A stretch of DNA of 64,000 nucleotides from a virus, in the IMG/VR virus record IMGVR_UViG_3300020810_001175, positions 20,280 to 84,279 of that record; one strand, 5' to 3'. The translations under genes and the position numbers were made by a program. The stretch's first letter is position 1. Each line of letters begins with the position of its first letter. The notes under the pieces were generated by a model. The model saw nothing but the letters and a program-made list of their open reading frames with translations, was not told the DNA's origin and did no database searches. This document shows positions 39,906-49,091 of the stretch, piece after piece.

Positions 39906-40720
39906 AAATAGCAGGTGCACAAATACCAGTAAGTAGAAACGTTCAAGACAACTACAACGAAATTTTAAAAGCCTGCGAATGGGCAGTAGAAAATAAAGTT
40001 GATTATCTGTTTACACCAGAAGCATCATTGAGTGGTTATGATGCTCCTAGTTTTAATATCAATACTTGTAAAGAAACAGAACAGGCAATGGAAAAACTAG
40101 TAAGTTTTGCATCTTCAAAGAACCTTGGTTTAATTATTGGAACGCTATGGTTGGACGATAAAGAAACAATCAATGGTCCATTTTTTGGAAAAAAAACAAA
40201 TCAATTGCGTTTCTATAATAAAAAAGGAGAGCACATTGGATCAACATTCAAAACAAAACTGGTATCATTTGATCAAGATTGTGAAAAGCGGAATGAATTT
40301 CCCGTTGTAGAACTTGTCACAGAACACGAAACAATCAAAGTTGGTGCGTTAATATGTAATGATCTGGTGGGTAATTATTATTCAGGCGGAGACAATCTAG
40401 CCAAAAAGTTGAAAGAAAAAAACGTCGATCTAATAATACACTCAAGCAATACTCAAAAAGATCAAGGACCTCAGGTTAAAAAAATACATGATGAATTTCA
40501 TGATGCTTGTACAAAATTTATAGCATATGCTACCAACACACCCATCATCAGTGTAGATAATCCTTGGCACATACACGGATATGAAACTGATGTAGGAACG
40601 TCTTTTACATCAGGAATTTATCTTCCAATCGATACTGTATTACAACTACCCAAAACAGGCACACACTATTTTTACTACAATACGTCTAACACAAAATATT
40701 CTTATCAGGAAGGAAATTAA
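39902..40720 (+). CDS. Carbon-nitrogen hydrolase (nitrilase superfamily)
   Basis: KIAGAQ, TPEASLSGY (Glu), KTKL (Lys), ICND (Cys) catalytic triad. Confidence 0.8.
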   Translation: MKIAGAQIPVSRNVQDNYNEILKACEWAVENKVDYLFTPEASLSGYDAPSFNINTCKETEQAMEKLVSFASSKNLGLIIGTLWLDDKETINGPFFGKKTNQLRFYNKKGEHIGSTFKTKLVSFDQDCEKRNEFPVVELVTEHETIKVGALICNDLVGNYYSGGDNLAKKLKEKNVDLIIHSSNTQKDQGPQVKKIHDEFHDACTKFIAYATNTPIISVDNPWHIHGYETDVGTSFTSGIYLPIDTVLQLPKTGTHYFYYNTSNTKYSYQEGN

Positions 40721-40722
40721 TA

Positions 40723-41229
40723 ATGAAAATATTAACAGTAGACAATATACCATACGACCTTAACAAGATGCCACAAACTGTGTCAGATGACATGGCATTT
40801 TCAGTTTTGGACAACAGTAATCCTAAAGAACCAGACTTCTTTTTCTTACCACTGATTTATATTGAATCATTCAGTGCTCCAGCCATTGTGTTGGAAATTG
40901 GTGGAAAAGAACTTACTATGCCTTTAGATTGGAGCATAGCAGTTGGAGACAAAGAAGACAGCAACACTGTAGAAGTTGTACCTTTAACCAGTATAGCAGA
41001 CCGAGGTTTCAGTGCTTTTATATTCAATCCTTTGAAAGGATTCAAAGCAGACTTTTTTGAAGTGAATGTGATAAACTTTTACAATGATGTTAAATGGTAT
41101 TTTCCAAAAATTAAAAATAATCAGTTATTAACAACACCTCTAACTGATAACGAAAATCCAAACTGTGCATTCTTTGTAAAAGATATTTCTCGTCAATGTG
41201 AAAGTATTGAGTACACAATGTTGTTATAA
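40723..41229 (+). CDS. Conserved hypothetical protein
   Basis: Beta-rich 168-aa ORF in the replication operon. Confidence 0.6.
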   Translation: MKILTVDNIPYDLNKMPQTVSDDMAFSVLDNSNPKEPDFFFLPLIYIESFSAPAIVLEIGGKELTMPLDWSIAVGDKEDSNTVEVVPLTSIADRGFSAFIFNPLKGFKADFFEVNVINFYNDVKWYFPKIKNNQLLTTPLTDNENPNCAFFVKDISRQCESIEYTMLL

Positions 41230-41498
41230 TGCCTAAAGCAGTCAAAAAAAGAAAACGTATTAAACAAGAAGAAATGATTTTTACTTCTCCTGATGGAGGT
41301 AAAACTGTGTATGGTCAACCATTAAATGGTAAAGGACCAAAAATATTAGTTGAAGAAACTAAAGATCCTGATTGGTATTTGTCCGAATTAGAAATTAGCG
41401 AAGTGGTAGATTACGCAAACGAAGGAAATAAAACTTTACAAATTCAGTTAAAGAAGTTAAAATTACTTTATAATTTAATAAAAGAAGATAGATGGTAA
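41229..41498 (+). CDS. Hypothetical protein
   Basis: Coupled ORF; SPDGGKTVY motif. Confidence 0.55.
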   Translation: MPKAVKKRKRIKQEEMIFTSPDGGKTVYGQPLNGKGPKILVEETKDPDWYLSELEISEVVDYANEGNKTLQIQLKKLKLLYNLIKEDRW

Positions 41499-41968
41499 CC
41501 AAAACTAACAAACTACCTTTGAAAGATATATTGGCGGCTATTGATATGAATGCCAAAAGCGTTTGGGACGAACTTTCAGATGACGATAGAAAACAAGTTT
41601 CTTTTTATTTGTTGAATAGATATGCTAGTGCTATCAAAGGAACCAAAGAACAAAAAGAATTACAAATTTTAAAAACCAACCAATATTACAATAAAAACTT
41701 TTTTACATTGAGCAAACATAAAAAACTATTGTGGTTTCTGTTGTGTATGACTGCTAGTGACAAAAAGAACATCAGATATCATGAATGGATTGGTTATAAG
41801 TTTAAAGAATCTAACAATAACAAAGCATTTAAGTTTTTAGAAAAACTTTATCCTAATAAAAAAATTGACGAATTAAGATTATTAGCAAATATTAACACCA
41901 CTAAAGAACTTAAAGAATTAGCAGAAGATTTAGGAATGAGTAAAGAGCAAATCAAAAAATTATTATGA
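41492..41968 (+). CDS. Possible clamp-loader small subunit (gp62-like)
   Basis: DILAAID, YLLNRYAS, N...HKKL.W pattern; weak resemblance plus context. Confidence 0.4.
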   Translation: MVTKTNKLPLKDILAAIDMNAKSVWDELSDDDRKQVSFYLLNRYASAIKGTKEQKELQILKTNQYYNKNFFTLSKHKKLLWFLLCMTASDKKNIRYHEWIGYKFKESNNNKAFKFLEKLYPNKKIDELRLLANINTTKELKELAEDLGMSKEQIKKLL

Positions 41969-42648
41969 TAGAAAAGTTATACCCTTGCAAATATTGTAAT
42001 GCTAAATTCGCCAAAGAAAAGACATTATCAGTACATATGTGTGAGCAAAAAAGAAGATATCTACAGAAAGATGAACGTAGAGTACAATTAGGATTTCAAA
42101 CTTTTGTAAGATTCTATGAACTGTGTCAAAAAGTTACAACACCTAAAACTTATGAAGAGTTTTGTAAATCTCCATACTATACAGCATTTGTAAAATTTGG
42201 AAGTTTTATCAGTAATGTTAAACCATTGTATCCAAACAAGTACATAGATTACGTTGTAACATCTGGAGTTAAACTTGATCACTGGTGTAGAGAAGAACTG
42301 TATCAAAAATATGCTATTGATTTGATTTTAAGAGAACGAGTTGAAACAGCCATGGAAAGATCAATCAAAACAATGATGGATTGGGGTGATGAAAAACAAG
42401 CACCATGGAGTGATTATTTTAGATATGCTAGTTTGAATAGAGCAGTTGTAGATATAAAAGATGGTAAAATTTCTCCTTGGCTTATATTGAATTGTAAAAC
42501 TGGAAAAGAAATGATGAAAAGATTTAACGATGAACAATTACAAATGGTATATGCTATAATGGATCCCAGTCATTGGACATTAAGATTTAAAAGACTACCC
42601 GCAGATATTGAAATGGTTAAAGAAGTAATCAAGGAGGCAAATTTATAA
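41965..42648 (+). CDS. Zinc-finger hypothetical protein
   Basis: YPCKYCNAKF...LSVHMC N-terminal zinc finger; GKISPW. Confidence 0.6.
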   Translation: MIEKLYPCKYCNAKFAKEKTLSVHMCEQKRRYLQKDERRVQLGFQTFVRFYELCQKVTTPKTYEEFCKSPYYTAFVKFGSFISNVKPLYPNKYIDYVVTSGVKLDHWCREELYQKYAIDLILRERVETAMERSIKTMMDWGDEKQAPWSDYFRYASLNRAVVDIKDGKISPWLILNCKTGKEMMKRFNDEQLQMVYAIMDPSHWTLRFKRLPADIEMVKEVIKEANL

Positions 42649-43214
42649 TGTTCGATATTGATATAGACTTTGCTGATAGAAATGTGTTGTTAGAAAAACT
42701 TAAACACAGAATAGCAAAATTAGACACAGAAAAAAAACATAACACAGGTGTTTACTTCACAGAAATTCCACACGACCCAGCAACAAATATGGCAACAATA
42801 GATTACGAAACTGCTGAAGAAAGAAACTATTTTAAAATAGATTGTCTCAACGTAAGCATATACAAAGATGTAAAGGATGAGGATCATTTGAATCAATTGA
42901 TGAATAAGGAACCTGTATGGGAATTGTTAGAAGCAAAAGAATTCAGCGATCAGGTATTTCATTTGAACGGTCATAATGAAATATTGAAAAGATTAAAACC
43001 GAAAAATATAGAACAACTGGCGGCTGTATTAGCAATCATCAGACCAAGCAAAAGATATCTACTAAACAAAGATTGGGATTCTATTATGAAGGAAGTATGG
43101 GTCAAGCCCACTGATGGATATTATTTTAAAAAATCACACGCAACGTCATATGCTGTGGCAGTTGTGATACACATGAATTTAATCTGCGAACAATTACAAA
43201 ACAATGACAAGTAA
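42648..43214 (+). CDS. Miniature DNA polymerase III alpha (DnaE)-like catalytic core
   Basis: DIDIDF, HNTGVY, KIDCL, AIIRP and FKKSHATSY occur in DnaE order within 188 aa. Confidence 0.8.
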   Translation: MFDIDIDFADRNVLLEKLKHRIAKLDTEKKHNTGVYFTEIPHDPATNMATIDYETAEERNYFKIDCLNVSIYKDVKDEDHLNQLMNKEPVWELLEAKEFSDQVFHLNGHNEILKRLKPKNIEQLAAVLAIIRPSKRYLLNKDWDSIMKEVWVKPTDGYYFKKSHATSYAVAVVIHMNLICEQLQNNDK

Positions 43215-43458
43215 AATAAGAAGAAGTTTAGTTAAAACATTAACCTGGAGAATAGTTGCTACTACCGATACATTTATAATTGCTTGGTTGATAACAGGAG
43301 AATGGACATGGGCCAGTGCTATTGCTGGAGTCGAAGTTTTAACAAAAATGTTTTTGTATTATGGTCATGAGAGAGTGTGGAATAAAATTGCTTGGGCTAA
43401 AGAATACAAAGAACCACACACTACTATATTCCCTTATAAAGAAGATAAACGTTGGTAA
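43204..43458 (+). CDS. DUF2061-like small membrane protein
   Basis: RSLVKTLTWR...TKMFLYYGHERVW. Confidence 0.75.
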   Translation: MTSKIRRSLVKTLTWRIVATTDTFIIAWLITGEWTWASAIAGVEVLTKMFLYYGHERVWNKIAWAKEYKEPHTTIFPYKEDKRW

Positions 43459-43824
43459 TTATTTAGGTTTTCTAACCAGTTGAACCGACTTCCTTTTGCT
43501 ACGCTTCATAGCAAGATTGCCGAGACTGGTGACTGGACCAATCTTCACTTTCACATCTTTTGTATTCATCATCATTAAAACACTACGGAATTTTTGTAAT
43601 TCTTTACGTAAAAAGATGCCAATTGGTACCATTCTATTGGATTCCCACCACCATGTTTTACATAATTCCATGAAAGTTTCTCTCGAATTGGTGTGAATTT
43701 CTTCATATATGTACATGGACGTAATGGAGTTATCTTGATTATTGATTACCCCTACATACTCTTGTCCGCCATATTCGACGACTGATATAAACGGAAAGTT
43801 CTTTTCTATGTCGTCTAACAGCAT
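43459..43824 (-). CDS. Conserved hypothetical protein
   Basis: FPFIS...EYVGVINN...WWWESNRMVPI. Confidence 0.6.
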   Translation of the reverse strand: MLLDDIEKNFPFISVVEYGGQEYVGVINNQDNSITSMYIYEEIHTNSRETFMELCKTWWWESNRMVPIGIFLRKELQKFRSVLMMMNTKDVKVKIGPVTSLGNLAMKRSKRKSVQLVRKPK

Positions 43825-43861
43825 TTTATTTCAAATAAATACATTTAAATTATTAAAGATT

Positions 43862-44647
43862 ATGCAACTTGTGCCAAAATATTTATTAAATAACAGTGTG
43901 AGCCTGACGGCAAATCTGGCTGGACAAATAACGGAGTATAGAGCAGTGTATCAAAGAAATATCAACGTCGCTAGAGGTATAGACAATACTATTCAATTCA
44001 ATGTGCTGAATGCTGATCAGAAACCAGTATCTATTCTGAACACATACACACCTAAGTTTCAACTGTATGACGAAAATAATCGCTTGATTGTTGAAAGAGA
44101 TGGCACTATAATTGAAACAGGAACTCCAAGCAAGGTTGGACATTTTACTATAACCATAGCAGAAAGCGACTTGCTAAACATCAAATCTCAATATTTACAC
44201 TACACTGTGTATCTTCAAAATGATTCCACTAACGCAAAAACTATTCTACACAGTGGAACTAATTTTGAAAACAAAGGCACAATTTTTGTGAGTTCGGAAG
44301 AATTTCCTGGACCACTTGACTCGTATTCAGTGACTACATTTACTGAAACTAATCCTGCATCAGGCATTTTTATTTCAGAAACAGTTACGGCTCAACCTGC
44401 TATAAATGGAAACTCAGCACTACATACTGTAACATATTATTTGAATCAAGCAGTTGGCACTATTGTTGTTCAAGGTACTTTAGATAACCAACCAAACTCC
44501 AATACATTTTGGTCTGACATAAACACGTTCACAGCCGCAAGTTTAGACACAATCAAATATATTAATTTCAATGGAGTGTTCAATCACTTAAGATTCAAAC
44601 ACACATTAAGTTCTGGTAGCATTACCAAAATATTAGTTCGAAACTAA
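43862..44647 (+). CDS. Putative virion structural protein
   Basis: Beta-rich, T/S/N-rich; AATAAATA upstream at 43834. Confidence 0.5.
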   Translation: MQLVPKYLLNNSVSLTANLAGQITEYRAVYQRNINVARGIDNTIQFNVLNADQKPVSILNTYTPKFQLYDENNRLIVERDGTIIETGTPSKVGHFTITIAESDLLNIKSQYLHYTVYLQNDSTNAKTILHSGTNFENKGTIFVSSEEFPGPLDSYSVTTFTETNPASGIFISETVTAQPAINGNSALHTVTYYLNQAVGTIVVQGTLDNQPNSNTFWSDINTFTAASLDTIKYINFNGVFNHLRFKHTLSSGSITKILVRN

Positions 44648-44676
44648 TTGACTTTTCCAAAAAATTAACTTATAAT
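44648..44676 (+). promoter_or_regulatory. sigma70-type promoter, leaderless
   Basis: TTGACT-17-TATAAT, ATG 6 nt downstream. Confidence 0.75.
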
Positions 44677-44682
44677 AAGAGC

Positions 44683-45687
44683 ATGAATATTGTGCTTGAT
44701 ACTTTACAAACTTATCTTCCAGCAAAACGAAAACAAACACCAAGTGGATGGGTGGCTTTCAATGCTCCTTGTTGTGAGCATAACGGTACTACACCAGACA
44801 CTAGACAAAGGGGCGGACTGATTGCTAATGCCAGTGACGGTGTAAGTTTTCATTGTTTCAACTGTGGATTCAAAACCAGTTGGCGTATTGGTAGAAATTT
44901 GTCTTACAAAATGAAAAAGTTTATGCGTTGGCTTAATATGCCCGACGACATCATAACAAAATTAGCACTGCAGGTTTTACAACAAAAAACAGATACATCT
45001 GGATTTAAAGCAATAACACAACTTCCGAAATTTGAAATAAAAGAATTACCAGCAAAAGCCAAGCCCATATATGATTGGGCAGATTACAAAGCACTAGAAC
45101 CAAGTGGAGTAGATAAAGATTTATTTTCAGTGATAGAATACATTGCAGAGAGAAAACTAACACTAGATGATTATGATTTTTACTGGAGTCCTGAACCTGG
45201 TTTCAAAGACAGATTAATTATACCTTTCACATATCAATCTAAGATTGTAGGATACACAGCAAGAAAAGTTGTAGAAAGCAAAGTAAAATATCTATCCGAA
45301 CAACAACCTGGTTATGTGTTCAACACAGATGCTCAGGATGATGATAGAAAATACATTGTGGCTGTGGAAGGTCCAATTGATGCTATTGCTATTGATGGTG
45401 TAGCACTGCTAGGCAGTGAAGTAAAAGAGCAACAATCAACACTGATAAACAGTCTGGGCAAACACGTCATAGTTGTTCCAGACAGAGATGAAGCAGGTCA
45501 AAAGTTAGTTTGGGACAGTCTTGAAACAGGTTGGAGTGTGAGTATGCCTGACTGGAGTCACGAAATAAAAGACGTTAATGATGCTGTGCGTAAATATGGT
45601 AGATTGCATACTTTGTACACAATTATAAAAAACGCAGAAGATTCACAACTTAAAATAAAACTGAGGATGAAAAAATGGTTTACTTAA
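44683..45687 (+). CDS. gp61: DNA primase (T4 gp61-like)
   Basis: Zn motif PCC...HCFNCG, RLIIP, VEGPIDA and PDRDEAG TOPRIM, KDVND. Confidence 0.9.
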   Translation: MNIVLDTLQTYLPAKRKQTPSGWVAFNAPCCEHNGTTPDTRQRGGLIANASDGVSFHCFNCGFKTSWRIGRNLSYKMKKFMRWLNMPDDIITKLALQVLQQKTDTSGFKAITQLPKFEIKELPAKAKPIYDWADYKALEPSGVDKDLFSVIEYIAERKLTLDDYDFYWSPEPGFKDRLIIPFTYQSKIVGYTARKVVESKVKYLSEQQPGYVFNTDAQDDDRKYIVAVEGPIDAIAIDGVALLGSEVKEQQSTLINSLGKHVIVVPDRDEAGQKLVWDSLETGWSVSMPDWSHEIKDVNDAVRKYGRLHTLYTIIKNAEDSQLKIKLRMKKWFT

Positions 45688-45797
45688 AAAAAGCGATATC
45701 ATTTTTGTTTTCTCCTATCACGAAACTTGTGTCATACATCAAGTACAAAAAGAAGATAAGAGAATTACAAAAAAGAGATCCATTCATTTACAAATAG
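45675..45797 (+). CDS. 40-aa basic peptide (ends RDPFIYK), not in the ORF track
   Basis: GAGG SD; MVYLKKAISFLFSPITKLVSYIKYKKKIRELQKRDPFIYK fills the gap before the carbamoyltransferase. Confidence 0.55.
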   Translation: MVYLKKAISFLFSPITKLVSYIKYKKKIRELQKRDPFIYK

Positions 45798-45804
45798 GAA
45801 ATAG

Positions 45805-46803
45805 ATGATAGTTTGGGGAATAACAGGAAATAATCACGATGCCAGTCTGGCTGTGATGGAATATCATGTAAAAGGTTTAACAGACAGATATGGATTGTAT
45901 GTTCATTGGGCTGGTAAGAGTTCAGACTTCAGTGGCATACCTGGTGATCCTAACCTGTGTCCAGAAATGTTAGCACACGTGAGATCAAATCCTAGATGGG
46001 CTCACCCGGCAAAAATAATTTGGTATGAAAAACCTTTTAAGAAGAGTATGCGTCAACTGTTGGCAGGACAAGGATTAAAATTTAAAGAAAATGACGTGAA
46101 GAAATTTTTACAGCGTCAAGGTATCCATGTTCCTGTTGAATATATAGATCATCATATGAGCCATGCGGCATATGGTTATTACACATCTCCATACAACAAC
46201 GCGGCAGTTGTTGTGCTAGATTCAATTGGTGAGTTTGAAACATACACAATTTGGCACGGACAAGGAGATCAATTAGAAAAGAAATACACACAAAGATACC
46301 CACACAGTATTGGTTTATTTTATTCAGCCATGACTCAACGATGTGGATTCAAAGCCAATGCAGAAGAGTACAAACTGGAACAATTGGCACAAAAAGGCAA
46401 CTGGCGAAAATATCATAGAATCATGATGGAAGAAATTATCAAAACCAGAATGCCTTTCAAGACAAGAGTTAATCTACACCGAGGATGTAATTGGTGGAGA
46501 CCAGAATTAAATTCGGAACAGGATACAGCAGATTTGGCGGCAACCACACAACACATTTTTGAACAAGTGTTGATGTGTGCCAGTTCGTGGATTCAAATGA
46601 ATATTCCTACTAATAACATTGTTTTGGTAGGAGGTTGTGCATTGAACAAGACTGCTAGAATCAAACTGGCATCGGTTTGGGATGACATATGGGTTCCAAA
46701 AAATCCTGGCGATCCTGGTTCATGCATAGGTGCTGTGTGTGCCAAATACAACAAGCACATTGACAATTCAGACAAAATGTGGTATAATAAGGACAATGGT
46801 TAA
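45805..46803 (+). CDS. Carbamoyltransferase, NodU/CmcH family, N-terminal (Kae1-like) domain only
   Basis: NHDASLA, YEKP, DHHMSHAA, DSIGE, PHSIGLFYS, EEYK, GGCALN, PGDPG. Confidence 0.85.
   Translation: MIVWGITGNNHDASLAVMEYHVKGLTDRYGLYVHWAGKSSDFSGIPGDPNLCPEMLAHVRSNPRWAHPAKIIWYEKPFKKSMRQLLAGQGLKFKENDVKKFLQRQGIHVPVEYIDHHMSHAAYGYYTSPYNNAAVVVLDSIGEFETYTIWHGQGDQLEKKYTQRYPHSIGLFYSAMTQRCGFKANAEEYKLEQLAQKGNWRKYHRIMMEEIIKTRMPFKTRVNLHRGCNWWRPELNSEQDTADLAATTQHIFEQVLMCASSWIQMNIPTNNIVLVGGCALNKTARIKLASVWDDIWVPKNPGDPGSCIGAVCAKYNKHIDNSDKMWYNKDNG
46760..46788 (+). promoter_or_regulatory. Consensus sigma70-type promoter for the helicase
   Basis: TTGACA-17-TATAAT with TG extension, ATG 7 nt downstream. Confidence 0.8.
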
Positions 46804-48241
46804 ACAGAACAAAGACTATGGATATGAGATACAAAAACTGTATCTCGAAATGATGCTGAGTGACGCAGAAACATTTGTGCGTTGCCAATCTATATTTGAT
46901 TATTCTTTATTTGATAGAAAGTTACAAGACACAGCAGACTTTGTGAACAAGTATGTGTCACAATACAATTCATTGCCAACATATGACATTGTGAACAAGA
47001 GTTGTAATGTTGATTTGAAGCCAACAGAAAATCTAACTGAAGAACATTTTACTTGGTTGCTTGATGATTTTGAAACATTTGTTAGACACAAAAGTTTAGA
47101 AAGAGCAATTTTAAAATCAGCAGATATGTTGGAAAAAGGTGAATATGGTCCAGTTGAAGAATTGGTCAAGAAGGCAGTACAGATTGGATTACACAAAGAT
47201 ATAGGTACAGATTATTTCGATGATCCAAAAGCAAGACTTATGGGACTAAAAAATTCTAATGGACAGGTCAGCACAGGCTGGGCAACACTAGATAAGAAAT
47301 TATTTGGTGGATTTAACAAAGGTGAATTGAATATATTTGCAGGTGGTTCTGGAGCAGGTAAATCGTTGTTCTTGGCAAACTTAGGTTGCAATTGGGTATT
47401 GAATGGATTGAATGTGGCGTATATTACTTTTGAATTGAGTGAAGCACTAGTGAGTATGAGATTGGATTCAATGTTAACTGATATTCCAGCAAGAGAAATT
47501 TTTAAAGATTTAGATGGTGTTGAAATGAAAGTTAAACTGTTAGGCAAAAAAGCAGGTAGATTTCAAATCAAATACATGGCAAGTGGTAAAAATGCAAACG
47601 ACTTAAGAAGTTACATCAAAGAATATGAAATTAAAACAGGTAAAAAATTAGATGTAATACTGGTAGACTATTTGGATCTTATGATGCCAATCAGTAGAAA
47701 AGTTTCTCCAAGTGATTTATTTGTGAAGGACAAATTTGTTTCAGAAGAATTAAGAAATTTATCAATGGAATTGAATGTAATCTTTGTTACAGCATCGCAG
47801 TTGAATAGAGGAGCAGTAGAAGAAATTGAGTTTGATCATTCGCATATATCTGGAGGTTTAAGTAAAATACAAACTGCTGACAACGTGTTTGGTATATTCA
47901 CATCAAGAGCAATGAGAGAAAGAGGCAGATATCAAATACAGTTAATGAAAACAAGATCATCCAGTGGTGTTGGTCAAAAGATTGATTTAGAATTTGATGT
48001 GGACAGTTTAAGAATAAGAGATCTAGCAGAAGACTCAGACAGTCAAGATTATAAAGGGTCAAGCACAATTTATAATTCATTAAAAAAGACATCTACAGTT
48101 AATGATAGTGCAGAAAAAAACACAACTGAACTTAAATTACCTGATCCTACCAAAGGTGATACAGTAAGTAGAATTGATTCAGGTAATACTGATCAAACAA
48201 AATTAAGGGACTTCTTAAAGAACCTTGATGGCGATGAATAA
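46796..48241 (+). CDS. gp41: Replicative DNA helicase (T4 gp41/DnaB-like)
   Basis: STGW, GGSGAGKS, VDYLDLM, TASQLNR, KTRSS. Confidence 0.92.
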   Translation: MVKQNKDYGYEIQKLYLEMMLSDAETFVRCQSIFDYSLFDRKLQDTADFVNKYVSQYNSLPTYDIVNKSCNVDLKPTENLTEEHFTWLLDDFETFVRHKSLERAILKSADMLEKGEYGPVEELVKKAVQIGLHKDIGTDYFDDPKARLMGLKNSNGQVSTGWATLDKKLFGGFNKGELNIFAGGSGAGKSLFLANLGCNWVLNGLNVAYITFELSEALVSMRLDSMLTDIPAREIFKDLDGVEMKVKLLGKKAGRFQIKYMASGKNANDLRSYIKEYEIKTGKKLDVILVDYLDLMMPISRKVSPSDLFVKDKFVSEELRNLSMELNVIFVTASQLNRGAVEEIEFDHSHISGGLSKIQTADNVFGIFTSRAMRERGRYQIQLMKTRSSSGVGQKIDLEFDVDSLRIRDLAEDSDSQDYKGSSTIYNSLKKTSTVNDSAEKNTTELKLPDPTKGDTVSRIDSGNTDQTKLRDFLKNLDGDE

Positions 48242-49067
48242 ACAATACAAAAGAATAGTAATTCCAAAAGGTTTAGATTTAGGAACCAGCAGGCGTACTT
48301 GTCATCAGTTGGCAAATACTATAAGTGCTAGAACAGGATTGAATATTTTCACCGATGTGGAATCAATTGTCCAAGGGGACTTGGTAGTATTAGGTGGAGT
48401 TGGTGGACACGATGGATTTAAAAAATACCATGAAACATTTCAAGAGCAAAATATAGATTATCTCAACGTTGAAAAAGGTTACTGCAATTGGTGGAAACCT
48501 GTTTATTGGAGAGTGACATTCAACGAAAATCAAATCACAGACATCAAAGGTGAATGGACTAACGAACGTTTTGTAAAATTCAATATGAAAATTAAACCTT
48601 GGCAAATGGGAGATCAAGTGTACATTGTGGCGCCTAGCCAAAATGGTTTAGATGTGTATGGTATAAAACAAACTGTGGATCAATGGATAGAATCAACAAC
48701 AGAAGAAATCAAAAAACACACAAATAGACCAATCAAAGTGAGGAAAAAACTGCCTAAGAAAGCAAGAGGTTCAAGAGGATTCTGTGATTCATTAGAAAAT
48801 ATACACTGTGTGGTCAGTTTGCACACTATGGCAATGACTGAAGCATTGAGAGAAGGCTGTCCAATTATATCATTAGTGCCTGGTTGTTTAAAAGATTACA
48901 GTGTGGATTCAATTTCAAAAATTAATAATCTATATTATCCTGATAATAGACAGTATCTATTCAATTGTTTAACTAATTTACAATTTAATTCTGGTGAATT
49001 AATCACAGGTGTTGCTTGGGACACTATCAGCAAATACTACGGAATCAATATTACTAAAATTAATTAA
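48234..49067 (+). CDS. KpsC/KpsS-like GT-B protein
   Basis: EKGY, IKPWQ, TNRPIKVR, EALREGCP; paralogue of 33744..34541. Confidence 0.45.
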   Translation: MNKQYKRIVIPKGLDLGTSRRTCHQLANTISARTGLNIFTDVESIVQGDLVVLGGVGGHDGFKKYHETFQEQNIDYLNVEKGYCNWWKPVYWRVTFNENQITDIKGEWTNERFVKFNMKIKPWQMGDQVYIVAPSQNGLDVYGIKQTVDQWIESTTEEIKKHTNRPIKVRKKLPKKARGSRGFCDSLENIHCVVSLHTMAMTEALREGCPIISLVPGCLKDYSVDSISKINNLYYPDNRQYLFNCLTNLQFNSGELITGVAWDTISKYYGINITKIN

Positions 49068-49091
49068 GTCTATAAAACTGATACATACAGT

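Noticed and set aside
46730-46795. Helicase N-terminal extension
   Set aside because: Lies across its own consensus promoter; ATG 46796 is preferred.
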